A stretch of 64,000 nucleotides of DNA from a virus. This document shows positions 40,775 through 48,836 of this stretch, piece after piece. The position numbers and the translations under genes are program-made. The stretch lies in the IMG/VR virus record IMGVR_UViG_3300044613_003178; one strand, written 5' to 3'. Each line of letters opens with the position of its first letter. The first letter of the stretch is position 1. The notes under the pieces are model-generated. The model saw only the letters and a program-made list of their open reading frames with translations, was not told the DNA's origin and made no database searches.

Positions 40775-41425
40775 TCATGAATTATTTATCATGAATGATT
40801 CGATGGTTTCTTTAAGTAGTTTTGTATAATTCAAAGGATTTTCTTCAAATACAGTTATAGAACCATCTTCACAACTCATAAGGATAACAATGTTTTTTAC
40901 AGGTATACCAGTTTGTTCTTGGAACATAATTGCATATGCAGTTGCTTGCATAAAATATTCCTTGATACTGTCCTTGCCCTTTTCAGCAGAACAGGTCTTA
41001 AAATCGATTATAGACAAGTTGCCAGCGAACTCTGCAATACAGTCAACTCTACCTGCCAAACCCAACAGAGAGGATTGTAGTGCGGTTTCGAGTGCTCTAA
41101 TGTTGTCTATCTTATTCAGTTCTGACTTTAATTGTGAAAACAAATAATATTCACCCGGTGAATAATCATCAGGATTAATTGTTTCATTATTTAAATATGC
41201 TTCTATAATTGAGTGGAACTTATTTCCACGGCGAAGAACTCTTTTTGATTCTTCTGGATTCTTTCTTCGCCATTCAGCAAAGAACTCTCTCTTCTCCCAA
41301 CCTGTAACCGTAGTTACAGACGGATAAGAATTACCATCTTCTGTAACATAGTATCTTTTTCCGTCTATTTCTTTAGTTGTTAGTTTATTTTTTAGTTCAA
41401 CAGGTACATGATTAAATTTTTTCAC
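40775..41425 (-). CDS. PD-(D/E)XK exonuclease (Cas4-like, conserved in T4-like phages)
   Basis: GKRYY...YPSVTTV, RG..FH, LAGRVDCIAE..G.LSIIDFKT, YFMQATAYA. Confidence 0.88.
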   Translation of the reverse strand: MKKFNHVPVELKNKLTTKEIDGKRYYVTEDGNSYPSVTTVTGWEKREFFAEWRRKNPEESKRVLRRGNKFHSIIEAYLNNETINPDDYSPGEYYLFSQLKSELNKIDNIRALETALQSSLLGLAGRVDCIAEFAGNLSIIDFKTCSAEKGKDSIKEYFMQATAYAIMFQEQTGIPVKNIVILMSCEDGSITVFEENPLNYTKLLKETIESFMINNS

Positions 41426-41430
41426 TTACT

Positions 41431-42357
41431 TCATCCTTTTCTCATACGCTTCATAATATCTGCAATTCTACTTCTAAATTCACCAATTTCACTCTTACCG
41501 CTTTCGGGTGCTGCTGGAGCAGGTGCTACGGGTGGAGGAGTTAACTTCTTTGCCTTTCCTTGAACTGCTGCTGCCTTTGCTTTAACTTCACTTGAAAGTC
41601 TTCTCTTCTTTGCAACCTTCTTAGCAACTCGTTTTCTTCTCTCTGCTTGCTTTTGTGTTGTTTGTTCTACTGAACGACCAGTTTGAATTGCTCTTCTTGT
41701 TGCAGCACCACCAAAATGTGGTGAACTCAACATTCCTGTGTGTGCTACTATTCTATCATTTTTTTCGCCGGGTGCAACAATATGTACACCATTTCCTGTT
41801 GCTCTTAATTGAACTTTTTCACCCTTGTGAAATACATGTGGTTCTCCCATATGCATTCTTACTTCTAATTTATGTTCAATTTCTCTATGCTTTTGTGGTT
41901 GAAGTTGTGGTCCTTTTTTGCCAATAAAGGATACTTCATGTTGTTTACCTGTTTCTTTAACTCTATTTTTTAAAGTTTGTAATTTTTCTAAATCTGCGTT
42001 TGCATCCATTTTTGCAGTAAATGTCTTTGCAGATTTTTCTTCACCTGTCTTTGGATCTACTGTAACACGAGAAGCCATAGTCTCTTTTGGTGTTCTATAA
42101 GAATACTTTGAGAGGTATGCTTCTGCTAATCCTGCATAATTCTTTACTTCTGATTCTGGAACTCTCTTTACCTTTCCTTCTTTATCATAAACCAAAACCA
42201 TTTTTGGATTTAGTTTCTTTAAAGATCTAATTGATGGAAAGAATTTTCTCTTACTATCTTCGATAGGAAGATTCATTCTAGAACCGCCTTCCTCTAGGGA
42301 AAGACGGTTCTCAAGAATGACTAGTGCTAATTGCTCTACTAGGAGTTCGTAAATCAT
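41431..42357 (-). CDS. Hypothetical basic protein, possible head-internal protein
   Basis: Acidic N-terminal leader with L-x-E sites, then a Lys/Arg-rich body. Confidence 0.5.
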   Translation of the reverse strand: MIYELLVEQLALVILENRLSLEEGGSRMNLPIEDSKRKFFPSIRSLKKLNPKMVLVYDKEGKVKRVPESEVKNYAGLAEAYLSKYSYRTPKETMASRVTVDPKTGEEKSAKTFTAKMDANADLEKLQTLKNRVKETGKQHEVSFIGKKGPQLQPQKHREIEHKLEVRMHMGEPHVFHKGEKVQLRATGNGVHIVAPGEKNDRIVAHTGMLSSPHFGGAATRRAIQTGRSVEQTTQKQAERRKRVAKKVAKKRRLSSEVKAKAAAVQGKAKKLTPPPVAPAPAAPESGKSEIGEFRSRIADIMKRMRKG

Positions 42358-42360
42358 AGA

Positions 42361-42864
42361 TCAATACTTCTTCTTTTCTGCTTTTCTCTGTGCCCATTTG
42401 TCAAGTGCGTGCCATGCTCGTTTTTCTGCACCTTTAGTTTCACCTTTTGCATCAAGTTTTGCACCTAGTTTTATTCTATCTGCAAATGTGCGTTCGTCTT
42501 GAGTAGGGAATCCACTTTTTCCTATGTGTGCTTCTGTTACATTCTTCATCTTCTTGACCATACCCTCAACAACTAGAGATACGGTTTCGAGAATTGCTTC
42601 GATCTCTTCTTCTGTTAGATCTTCACCAACTGCTGCTTGTACATCTTCTAATAGAGATACCATAAAGTCTTCATTTGAGGTTTCTTCCTCTAATTCTTCA
42701 ACTTCTTCTGTTTGTTCTACTTGTGGTTCTGCTGATTCATTGCACTCTGTGCATTCTTCATTGAGAACTTCTTCTTTGGTTTCTGCTACTGGTTCAGAAA
42801 CTGGATTGTTCATATTTGTATATGTTGCCATTAATTGATCCAACCATTCCTTATTTGTGTCCAT
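42361..42864 (-). CDS. Hypothetical protein with acidic propeptide-like N-terminus, possible head-internal protein
   Basis: Glu-rich first ~110 aa ending VTE, then a basic C-terminus. Confidence 0.5.
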   Translation of the reverse strand: MDTNKEWLDQLMATYTNMNNPVSEPVAETKEEVLNEECTECNESAEPQVEQTEEVEELEEETSNEDFMVSLLEDVQAAVGEDLTEEEIEAILETVSLVVEGMVKKMKNVTEAHIGKSGFPTQDERTFADRIKLGAKLDAKGETKGAEKRAWHALDKWAQRKAEKKKY

Positions 42865-42907
42865 TTTTTGCTCCTATTAGAGATTACCTAGTATATATAA
42901 TGTACCC

Positions 42908-42942
42908 AAAAAAAGGAAGGGGCTTCTCACGAAACCCCTTCC
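42908..42942 (-). terminator. Intrinsic terminator
   Basis: GGAAGGGGTTTC-GTGA-GAAGCCCCTTCC followed by T7. Confidence 0.85.
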
Positions 42943-43032
42943 CCTATGAAGATCGAAAGGTAGCGAAGTTCCTTTTTAGCATGAATGGCGTAGTTCGCTT
43001 GAGGACTGTCTACGACCAACTCAGCCCGATCA
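42908..43032 (-). ncRNA. Candidate late small RNA of unknown family (~125 nt)
   Basis: Bounded by TATAAATA (43037-43044) and a terminator; internal stems; GC-richer than flanks; no ORF recognised on this strand. Confidence 0.6.
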
Positions 43033-43036
43033 CTAT

Positions 43037-43044
43037 TATTTATA
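43037..43044 (-). promoter_or_regulatory. Late promoter TATAAATA
   Basis: Exact consensus, intergenic. Confidence 0.7.
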
Positions 43045-43071
43045 TAAAATAATATTTGTGGATCTTATTTT

Positions 43072-43992
43072 TTACTTATTTAAGAACTTCATTACCGAAT
43101 TAAGTAAATCTGTCGATTCATAAGCACCCATAACCTGACCCGATTTTGCCTTAGTTCTTGCTATTCTTGCTCTTGCTGCAGCAAGTTTATTTGCTAATTC
43201 AGGATTACTTGCAATACTACCACTCTTGATAATATTACCTTTAGTCATTTCTTGATCTATATTGAAGGACTTAATATCTTTCTTGTCTACACCTTTTCTT
43301 AATTTGCCAGTTTTGGTTTGTAGTGCTGCTCTCTTTGTTTCTAATTCAACACCTTTTGCTGCGAGTTTTTCTTTTGCTGGATCCGTTCTTGCTGCACGGA
43401 AAGATGTATCATCATCAGGATTTGATTCAATTTTTCCTAGTCTACTCGTTACACCACCAACTGTTCTTGCAGCATCTCTTCTATCTTTCTTTTCTGCCTT
43501 TGTTAGTGTTTTAACTGGAGCAGGAACTGGTGCTGCTGGAGCAGGAACTGCTGGTGTTGGTGTTGCTGGTGGTACTGGAGCAGACCCTGTTGGTGATGGA
43601 ACCTTTGTTGGTGCTCCAGATGGTGGAGTTGTTGGTTTAGAACCAAGACCAGATGGTGGTAATTTTGTACCAGTTCCTTTTGGTGCTTTTGGTTTACCAG
43701 ATGGTTTACTTCCTACTCTTGCTTTTGCTAATTCCGCCTTCAATTGTTCAATTTTTTTACTTGAACCACCACCACGACGAGTTATACCATAACCACCATA
43801 ACCACCACCTCCGCCAACTCCAGATTTTAATCCACCAATTAGACCACTAGGAATTGCACCAAGTGCTTGTGCTCCATACTTAGCAGCACCAACTACACCT
43901 TTGCCAATACCTCTACCGATGGATTTTACTAAATCCTTAACGGTATCTAAAATACCTTCGTCTAATTGACTAAATTCTTTAAATGTCTTCAT
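43072..43992 (-). CDS. Probable head-internal protein (MKTFKEF capsid-targeting-like leader), Pro/Ala/Lys-rich
   Basis: MKTFKEFSQLDE resembles the T4 internal-protein leader MKTYQEFIAE; late promoter at 44017-44024. Confidence 0.6.
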   Translation of the reverse strand: MKTFKEFSQLDEGILDTVKDLVKSIGRGIGKGVVGAAKYGAQALGAIPSGLIGGLKSGVGGGGGYGGYGITRRGGGSSKKIEQLKAELAKARVGSKPSGKPKAPKGTGTKLPPSGLGSKPTTPPSGAPTKVPSPTGSAPVPPATPTPAVPAPAAPVPAPVKTLTKAEKKDRRDAARTVGGVTSRLGKIESNPDDDTSFRAARTDPAKEKLAAKGVELETKRAALQTKTGKLRKGVDKKDIKSFNIDQEMTKGNIIKSGSIASNPELANKLAAARARIARTKAKSGQVMGAYESTDLLNSVMKFLNK

Positions 43993-44016
43993 GGGGTTCC
44001 TTTTTATTAACTACAG

Positions 44017-44024
44017 TATTTATA
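44017..44024 (-). promoter_or_regulatory. Late promoter TATAAATA
   Basis: Exact consensus about 25 nt upstream of the 43992 start. Confidence 0.7.
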
Positions 44025-44174
44025 TTACCTCTTTTTTGTAGTTTTCTTCTTTTTTGTATTCAATGCTGCATTATAACCAGTTCTGTATCCCTTATCATAA
44101 AAGGTAAAACAAATTTGTGCTACAGAACAAACTAAAGCAGCAGACATACAAATAATAAATGTGTAATCAAGCAT
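44025..44174 (-). CDS. Small membrane protein (49 aa)
   Basis: Hand translation MLDYTFIICMSAALVCSVAQICFTFYDKGYRTGYNAALNTKKKKTTKKR; same layout as the upstream ORF. Confidence 0.5.
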   Translation of the reverse strand: MLDYTFIICMSAALVCSVAQICFTFYDKGYRTGYNAALNTKKKKTTKKR

Positions 44175-44361
44175 ATCCATATTCAACCTTCCTTTTATTT
44201 TTTATTTCTTGTGCTTTATACAATCCATGTGTAAAGCCAGAATGATGACCATGTGTATATCCACGAGAGTAAGCAAAATTGTAAAATTTGACCATACTAA
44301 TTACAAAAAATGTCACAAGACTTATGGCGAGACTAATTTGTGATATTAGTAGTAGATCCAT
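44167..44361 (-). CDS. Small membrane protein (TM helix + Y.RGY..G motif)
   Basis: GGAGG RBS; N-terminal hydrophobic helix. Confidence 0.55.
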   Translation of the reverse strand: MDLLLISQISLAISLVTFFVISMVKFYNFAYSRGYTHGHHSGFTHGLYKAQEIKNKRKVEYGYA

Positions 44362-44388
44362 ATTTCCTCCGTTTTGTGTATGTATAAG

Positions 44389-44462
44389 TCGGGGTGATAG
44401 GATTTGAACCTACGACTTTCTGCTCCCAAAGCAGACGCTCTACCAAGCTGAGCCACACCCCG
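44389..44462 (-). tRNA. tRNA-Pro(TGG)
   Basis: Cloverleaf; anticodon arm TCTGC-ttTGGga-GCAGA. Confidence 0.92.
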
Positions 44463-44479
44463 ATGAAGTATCTAGTGAA

Positions 44480-44567
44480 AGGGTAGAGAGGGATTCGAAC
44501 CCCCGGTAGGCTATTCACCTACTGTTGTTTTCAAGACAACCGCGTTAGACCACTCTGCCACCTACCC
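44480..44567 (-). tRNA. tRNA-Ser(TGA)
   Basis: GTTGT-ctTGAaa-ACAAC; long variable arm. Confidence 0.9.
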
Positions 44568-44573
44568 AAAATG

Positions 44574-44658
44574 CGGACAGAGAAGGATTCGAACCCTCGG
44601 AGGCATTCACCTCTGCAGTTTAGTAAACTGCTGCAATAGACCACTCTGCCATCTGTCC
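44574..44658 (-). tRNA. tRNA-Ser(ACT)
   Basis: GCAGT-ttACTaa-ACTGC; long variable arm; G73. Confidence 0.85.
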
Positions 44659-44661
44659 AAG

Positions 44662-44743
44662 TGCGCCGAGTAGGACTCGAACCTACGGAGTCTAAAGACA
44701 ACAGATTTACAGTCTGTCCCAGTTGCCGCTTTGGTATCGACGC
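44662..44743 (-). tRNA. tRNA-Tyr(GTA)
   Basis: ACAGA-ctGTAaa-TCTGT; variable arm present. Confidence 0.88.
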
Positions 44744-44747
44744 GAAG

Positions 44748-44820
44748 TGATCCCTGTAGGATTCGAACCTACAACTTTTACCGTGTAAAGGTAACACTCT
44801 AGCCGTTGAGTTAAGGGACC
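44748..44820 (-). tRNA. tRNA-Val(TAC)
   Basis: TTACC-ttTACac-GGTAA. Confidence 0.9.
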
Positions 44821-44825
44821 AAGAG

Positions 44826-44898
44826 TGGACAAAGTGGGACTCGAACCCGCAACATTCGCCTTGCAAAGGCGACGCTCTCCCAATTGAGCTATTTGCCC
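44826..44898 (-). tRNA. tRNA-Ala(TGC)
   Basis: TCGCC-ttTGCaa-GGCGA; G3:U70. Confidence 0.92.
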
Positions 44899-44922
44899 AG
44901 TACAGTAATCTATTTAGTTAAG

Positions 44923-44996
44923 TAGGACGGGTGGGACTCGAACCCACACTACACAGATTTTAAGTCTATTGACTCTGCCGATTGGTCTACCGTCCC
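44923..44996 (-). tRNA. tRNA-Leu(TAA), short variable loop
   Basis: ATAGA-ctTAAaa-TCTGT; about 5-nt variable region. Confidence 0.85.
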
Positions 44997-45021
44997 ATGT
45001 ATTAGTACTATACCATAAACT

Positions 45022-45318
45022 TCAATGATTGCAATTACAATCCCAAGATTTACCACTATTCTTTTCAGTCTGTTGAGTTTGTTGTGGTGTTTGTTGAACT
45101 ACAATTTGTTGAACTGGTGGCTGTTGAATAATATATGGCTGTGCATTTTTTGCACTATTAGGATCATCCAAATTAACATAATAATAATCATAATAATAAA
45201 TTGGATTTCCATACATGTCATAACCAACAACATAAGCAGGATAGTAAACTCTCTTTAGAGTACAACCAGAAAGTAAACAAAACATTAAAATGCAAAATTT
45301 AATTTTGAGGTTCTTCAT
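45022..45318 (-). CDS. Putative lipoprotein
   Basis: Basic N-terminus, hydrophobic core and LSGC lipobox; Tyr- and Gln-rich. Confidence 0.55.
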   Translation of the reverse strand: MKNLKIKFCILMFCLLSGCTLKRVYYPAYVVGYDMYGNPIYYYDYYYVNLDDPNSAKNAQPYIIQQPPVQQIVVQQTPQQTQQTEKNSGKSWDCNCNH

Positions 45319-45454
45319 TTTTTACTTCTTCCTTTGGAGAAAGAATATCTGTTACTACTCTTTCAATTGCAGAAATTCTTGAAAGTTGATGAGCAATATT
45401 TGCTCTAATATTTTTTAATTCATCACACATTGCAAGTAATTGTTCATTATTCAT
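45299..45454 (-). CDS. Small coiled-coil hypothetical protein (51 aa)
   Basis: GGAGG RBS; MNNEQLLAMCDELKNIRANIAHQLSRISAIERVV... Confidence 0.45.
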   Translation of the reverse strand: MNNEQLLAMCDELKNIRANIAHQLSRISAIERVVTDILSPKEEVKNEEPQN

Positions 45455-45465
45455 AAAGTCCTCCA

Positions 45466-45727
45466 AAATGATTTGCAATCATTTCTGACTGCAAATCGTG
45501 ATTCGTTCAGATGCGGGTGAATCATTCCCCACTGCTTCAAGCAGCCATTGCTAGTTCGTTAGCAATTATTGTTTACAACTATTTTTTAACGAGACTCGTT
45601 GCCTGTCCCGAATATCTCCCTTTTCCTTACTAAACACCAGTCGAATACCTGTACAGCCCCGTCAAGTGGAGCCGAGGGGAATCGAACCCCTGTCCTGATT
45701 GTCTTTCATTGAAGATCAACGATATCA
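45466..45727 (-). ncRNA. ssrA: Circularly permuted (two-piece) tmRNA, tag ANELAMAA
   Basis: The 3-prime tRNA-like half (CAGGGGTTCGATTCCCCTCGGCTCCA, ending 45667) precedes the 5-prime half (GGGGCTGTACAGGTATTCGAC, starting 45660). G3:U70 present; tag ORF at 45537-45563. Outer ends approximate. Confidence 0.88.
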
Positions 45728-45732
45728 AAGAT

Positions 45733-45740
45733 TATTTATA
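45733..45740 (-). promoter_or_regulatory. Late promoter TATAAATA upstream of tmRNA
   Basis: Exact consensus between tRNA-Gly and the tmRNA acceptor piece. Confidence 0.7.
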
Positions 45741-45741
45741 A

Positions 45742-45812
45742 AGCGTGTAGTGAGATTCGAACTCACGAGATAAGATTGGAAATCTAATATGTTACCACTA
45801 CATCATACACGC
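45742..45812 (-). tRNA. tRNA-Gly(TCC)
   Basis: TTAGA-ttTCCaa-TCTTA (one mismatch); U73. Confidence 0.82.
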
Positions 45813-45815
45813 GCA

Positions 45816-45889
45816 AGGTCGAGGTGGGATTTGAACCCACGAATCACGGATTTGCAATCCGTTCTCTTAAGCCACTTGAGTACCCGACC
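45816..45889 (-). tRNA. tRNA-Cys(GCA)
   Basis: ACGGA-ttGCAaa-TCCGT; U73. Confidence 0.9.
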
Positions 45890-45895
45890 AGTAAA

Positions 45896-46060
45896 TCAAA
45901 TACCCTTCTCAGCCTTGATCCAAGCAGGACAACGACCAATAGCATCCAACTTACGAAGAGTTTCCTTCTTTGCATTTAGAAGTTGCTCTTGCTTTCTACG
46001 ACGGCGAGATTCATACTTACGCTTGCGTCTACGACGGAGTTCATGCTTCTTATCGATCAT
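45896..46060 (-). CDS. Small highly basic protein (54 aa)
   Basis: MIDKKHELRRRRKRKYESRRRRKQEQLLNAKKETLRKLDAIGRCPAWIKAEKGI; ATGA overlap with the upstream gene. Confidence 0.6.
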   Translation of the reverse strand: MIDKKHELRRRRKRKYESRRRRKQEQLLNAKKETLRKLDAIGRCPAWIKAEKGI

Positions 46061-46383
46061 TTGTTTTTTCCTTTCTTCATTCTGTTCATATACTGACGAG
46101 TAGCACGCAGAAGTTCATCTGTTGGAATTAGATCAAGTTCTTCATATCGTGCTTTTCGATCTTTAAAATCTTGCTCAGTTGCGATTGGTGCATTCCAATA
46201 CTGTCTAACAACATAATCAACACTCTCAATTACTTCTGAAATAACACTGTGCATATATTGTGAATTTGGTGTTGCAAGTTCGACACCCTTTAGAAAATAA
46301 AGTGTTTTTTGCAAACTTTCAATTTCATGATCATCTAGAATGATCTTACGAACAAATGCATCTGGTTCAAATTTATCCTTCAT
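46057..46383 (-). CDS. Hypothetical protein
   Basis: Coupled ORF with GGAG RBS. Confidence 0.55.
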   Translation of the reverse strand: MKDKFEPDAFVRKIILDDHEIESLQKTLYFLKGVELATPNSQYMHSVISEVIESVDYVVRQYWNAPIATEQDFKDRKARYEELDLIPTDELLRATRQYMNRMKKGKNK

Positions 46384-46672
46384 AAGATTCTCCCATTTCT
46401 CTTGCTTTCATCCAGTGTTCACGACGATAGTTATCCATTGGTGGAAAATCAGACTTCTTCAAGATAGGGTGATTGAATGCTTCTCGCATCTTTACTAGAG
46501 ACTTATTCAACTCTTCAATACTATCACCATAAACACTTGACTGACTTACGGTATGATCAATTGGTTCCCCATCAAGATAATATACTTCATGAATAGCATA
46601 CCAAGCATCATGTGGATCTTCTGTAGTATCATCCATAATAATTCTATAGTTCCAAATTACTTTACCACTCAT
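46373..46672 (-). CDS. Conserved phage hypothetical protein (WNYR...IHEVYY)
   Basis: Motif commonly seen in small phage ORFs. Confidence 0.6.
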   Translation of the reverse strand: MSGKVIWNYRIIMDDTTEDPHDAWYAIHEVYYLDGEPIDHTVSQSSVYGDSIEELNKSLVKMREAFNHPILKKSDFPPMDNYRREHWMKAREMGESYEG

Positions 46673-47763
46673 ATTATTCCTTTCAGATTATTTGCTAACC
46701 ATTCAATTACATTCACGGTAACTGCATTTCCTAGTTGCTTATATCTTGTAGTATCTGCTTGTCCATCAGTCCAATTATCAGGAAATCCCTGTAGTCTCTC
46801 ACATTCCAAAGGTGTTAATCTTCGAATTGTTAGATTATAAGCAACTGCTTGACCATTTGCAAGATCTAATGTGTGAGAAACTTCTTCTGCAACACCATGA
46901 CCATTTGCTCCTGTTTGTGCTGTACGAACTGCCATTACCATAGCAGCATGAACTGCATTAGAAGCAGCAAGAGTGTGACACGGATCACCCGGTACTCTTG
47001 TTTGCTTATTGATAGGTGCTGTAATCTGGAATAAATCGTAAGGAATAGGCTCCAATACTGCAGACATTCTACGCTTATCCGGTTCTGCTTGTTGACGAAA
47101 TAAACTTGAAGATGTTAAGGTGTCTGAGAGTTGTCCACCATCCCACCACTTTGTCTCTTCAATGTTTCCTCCAATACTGGAGGTAAGTTCTTTCCTCTTG
47201 TCTTTGCTCTTCGTAGAATCCCCTGACATGCTTTCGGAGAGAGCCAATACTTGCTCGGCACCCCCGATTCGAGAACTTGCGACAATAAAGATGCGCTTGC
47301 GTCGTTGGGGCACTCCGAAGAATTGGCTGTCAAGAACTCTCCATGCGATTTCCTGACAATCCCACCCTTTGTCCATTTCAGCGAGGAGGACTGCGAAATC
47401 CCTTCCTTTATTGCTCGACAACAATCCTGGCACATTTTCGAGTATGACGAACTGGGGATTGATTCCCCGTACAAGTCGCATTGCTTCATAAAATAATCCT
47501 GACCTTTCTCCAGCAAGACCTTTACGCTTACCTGCTACCGATAAATCCTGACAAGGAAATCCACCACAGATGATATCAACCTTTTCAAGTTCTTCAACCT
47601 TTACTTGCTTGATATCTGAATAAATTTTAGCATTTGGAAAATGCTTTTGTAGAACTTTTCTACAATGTGGATCAATTTCGACTGACCAAGCAAGTTCAAA
47701 TCCTGCTCGTTCAAAACCGAGATCAAAACCACCAATACCTGCAAATAGTGATCCTACTTTCAT
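46669..47763 (-). CDS. dcm: DNA (cytosine-5)-methyltransferase
   Basis: Motif I FAGIGG, IV GGFPCQ, VI ENVPG, VIII PQRRKRIF, IX RRLTPLECERLQGFP, X YKQLGNAV. Confidence 0.95.
   Translation of the reverse strand: MKVGSLFAGIGGFDLGFERAGFELAWSVEIDPHCRKVLQKHFPNAKIYSDIKQVKVEELEKVDIICGGFPCQDLSVAGKRKGLAGERSGLFYEAMRLVRGINPQFVILENVPGLLSSNKGRDFAVLLAEMDKGWDCQEIAWRVLDSQFFGVPQRRKRIFIVASSRIGGAEQVLALSESMSGDSTKSKDKRKELTSSIGGNIEETKWWDGGQLSDTLTSSSLFRQQAEPDKRRMSAVLEPIPYDLFQITAPINKQTRVPGDPCHTLAASNAVHAAMVMAVRTAQTGANGHGVAEEVSHTLDLANGQAVAYNLTIRRLTPLECERLQGFPDNWTDGQADTTRYKQLGNAVTVNVIEWLANNLKGII
47115..47516 (-). CDS. Nested alternative-frame ORF within dcm (putative second methyltransferase polypeptide)
   Basis: 133-codon open frame containing LSQVLESGVPSKYWLSPKACQGILRRA. 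Start uncertain. Confidence 0.55.
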   Translation of the reverse strand: MLEKGQDYFMKQCDLYGESIPSSSYSKMCQDCCRAIKEGISQSSSLKWTKGGIVRKSHGEFLTANSSECPNDASASLLSQVLESGVPSKYWLSPKACQGILRRAKTRGKNLPPVLEETLKRQSGGMVDNSQTP

Positions 47764-48293
47764 TTATTTCTTTTTCCAAACAGTGCAGCAATTCCTGCAC
47801 ATCCAATCAACATAAAAGATGAAGGTGCAGGGACAGAAGCAACTTCAAAAGTTCCTGCGATAGCGACCTGATCACCAGGAGTTAAACGGAAATTCAATCG
47901 CAATTCAATAGAATCAGACGATGAGAGTGAACTTGTAAGATATTCCCAACCAAAACTATTGGTATATGAATTACCACTGCGAGCAGGAGCAGTCAGAGTA
48001 AACGGAGTATTAGGCATAGTTTTCACTAACACCGAGTTAACTTGTGCAAGGTAAAGACCGTCCGAGGAAAGCATTGCACCATCACGATTAAAATCACTAA
48101 GAGTAATACTAATTGAACCTCGCATATAGGCAGGGGTCGTTGAGGAACCCATTCCACTCCAAGCCGAAAAATCATAAGTTTGAGTGGTCAAGGTGTTGTT
48201 GGTCACAATTTGTGAAATCGAAACTAACGCGGCTTGTGAAACATTCGTTGCGGCAAGAGTAAGCACGGTAGAGACTAGTAATGAATTATGCAT
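47760..48293 (-). CDS. Secreted protein with PEP-CTERM-like sorting signal
   Basis: Signal peptide (..SQA/A); Ser/Thr-rich; C-terminal VPAPSS + TM + KRNK. Confidence 0.8.
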   Translation of the reverse strand: MHNSLLVSTVLTLAATNVSQAALVSISQIVTNNTLTTQTYDFSAWSGMGSSTTPAYMRGSISITLSDFNRDGAMLSSDGLYLAQVNSVLVKTMPNTPFTLTAPARSGNSYTNSFGWEYLTSSLSSSDSIELRLNFRLTPGDQVAIAGTFEVASVPAPSSFMLIGCAGIAALFGKRNK

Positions 48294-48747
48294 TGCGAGG
48301 GTTCTTTCGTAGAGAAAAAAATGTGTAACAAATCAAAATAGCAATAGACGCTGGTGATGGAATCGGTGGCGATGGCTCAGGTTCAGGAGTACCACGATAT
48401 GGGATAGCAGGAGTGAGTGGCACACCCATACAAAACCCTTCAACACGATCAAATGTCACTGGGAATGAAAATTGTTGATCACACATTTGATATATACCAA
48501 CTAATTGACCATCAAAATATAATCTATAAATCCAAAGACCAACTGCTTCTCCAGTAAACAAAGTACTATTATATTCTGCAAGGGCAACCGTATTCCCATT
48601 AATTGCATTTGAAAACTGTGTAGTCATGGAAAGTGAAGATTTATATTCTGGAGGATTTGTATATGCCTGTGTGACATAAGTAGATCCTTCATATGAGGTA
48701 GTGTATGGAAATTGACCTTGACCAAAAAATGTAGATGTAAATCCCAT
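48286..48747 (-). CDS. Protein with PEP-CTERM-like sorting signal
   Basis: C-terminal IPSPAS + TM + RKNPR; no obvious signal peptide. Confidence 0.65.
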   Translation of the reverse strand: MGFTSTFFGQGQFPYTTSYEGSTYVTQAYTNPPEYKSSLSMTTQFSNAINGNTVALAEYNSTLFTGEAVGLWIYRLYFDGQLVGIYQMCDQQFSFPVTFDRVEGFCMGVPLTPAIPYRGTPEPEPSPPIPSPASIAILICYTFFSLRKNPRNA

Positions 48748-48763
48748 AATTATAATCCTAAAG

Positions 48764-48836
48764 TGACCCCACCGGGACTCGAACCCGGATGACCGCCTTG
48801 AAAGGGCGGGAATTTAGCCAGTTAATCTATGGGGCC
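48764..48836 (-). tRNA. tRNA-Glu(TTC)
   Basis: CCGCC-ctTTCaa-GGCGG. Confidence 0.88.

Noticed and set aside
40775-41425. CRISPR-associated Cas4 or a CRISPR array
   Set aside because: This is the stand-alone exonuclease conserved in T4-like phages; no repeat-spacer array or other cas genes were seen.
44333-44866. ORF-track CDSs 44333-44518 and 44531-44866 (also 45789-46103 and 53108-53320)
   Set aside because: They run through tRNA genes or structured RNA and appear to be artefacts of locally higher GC.
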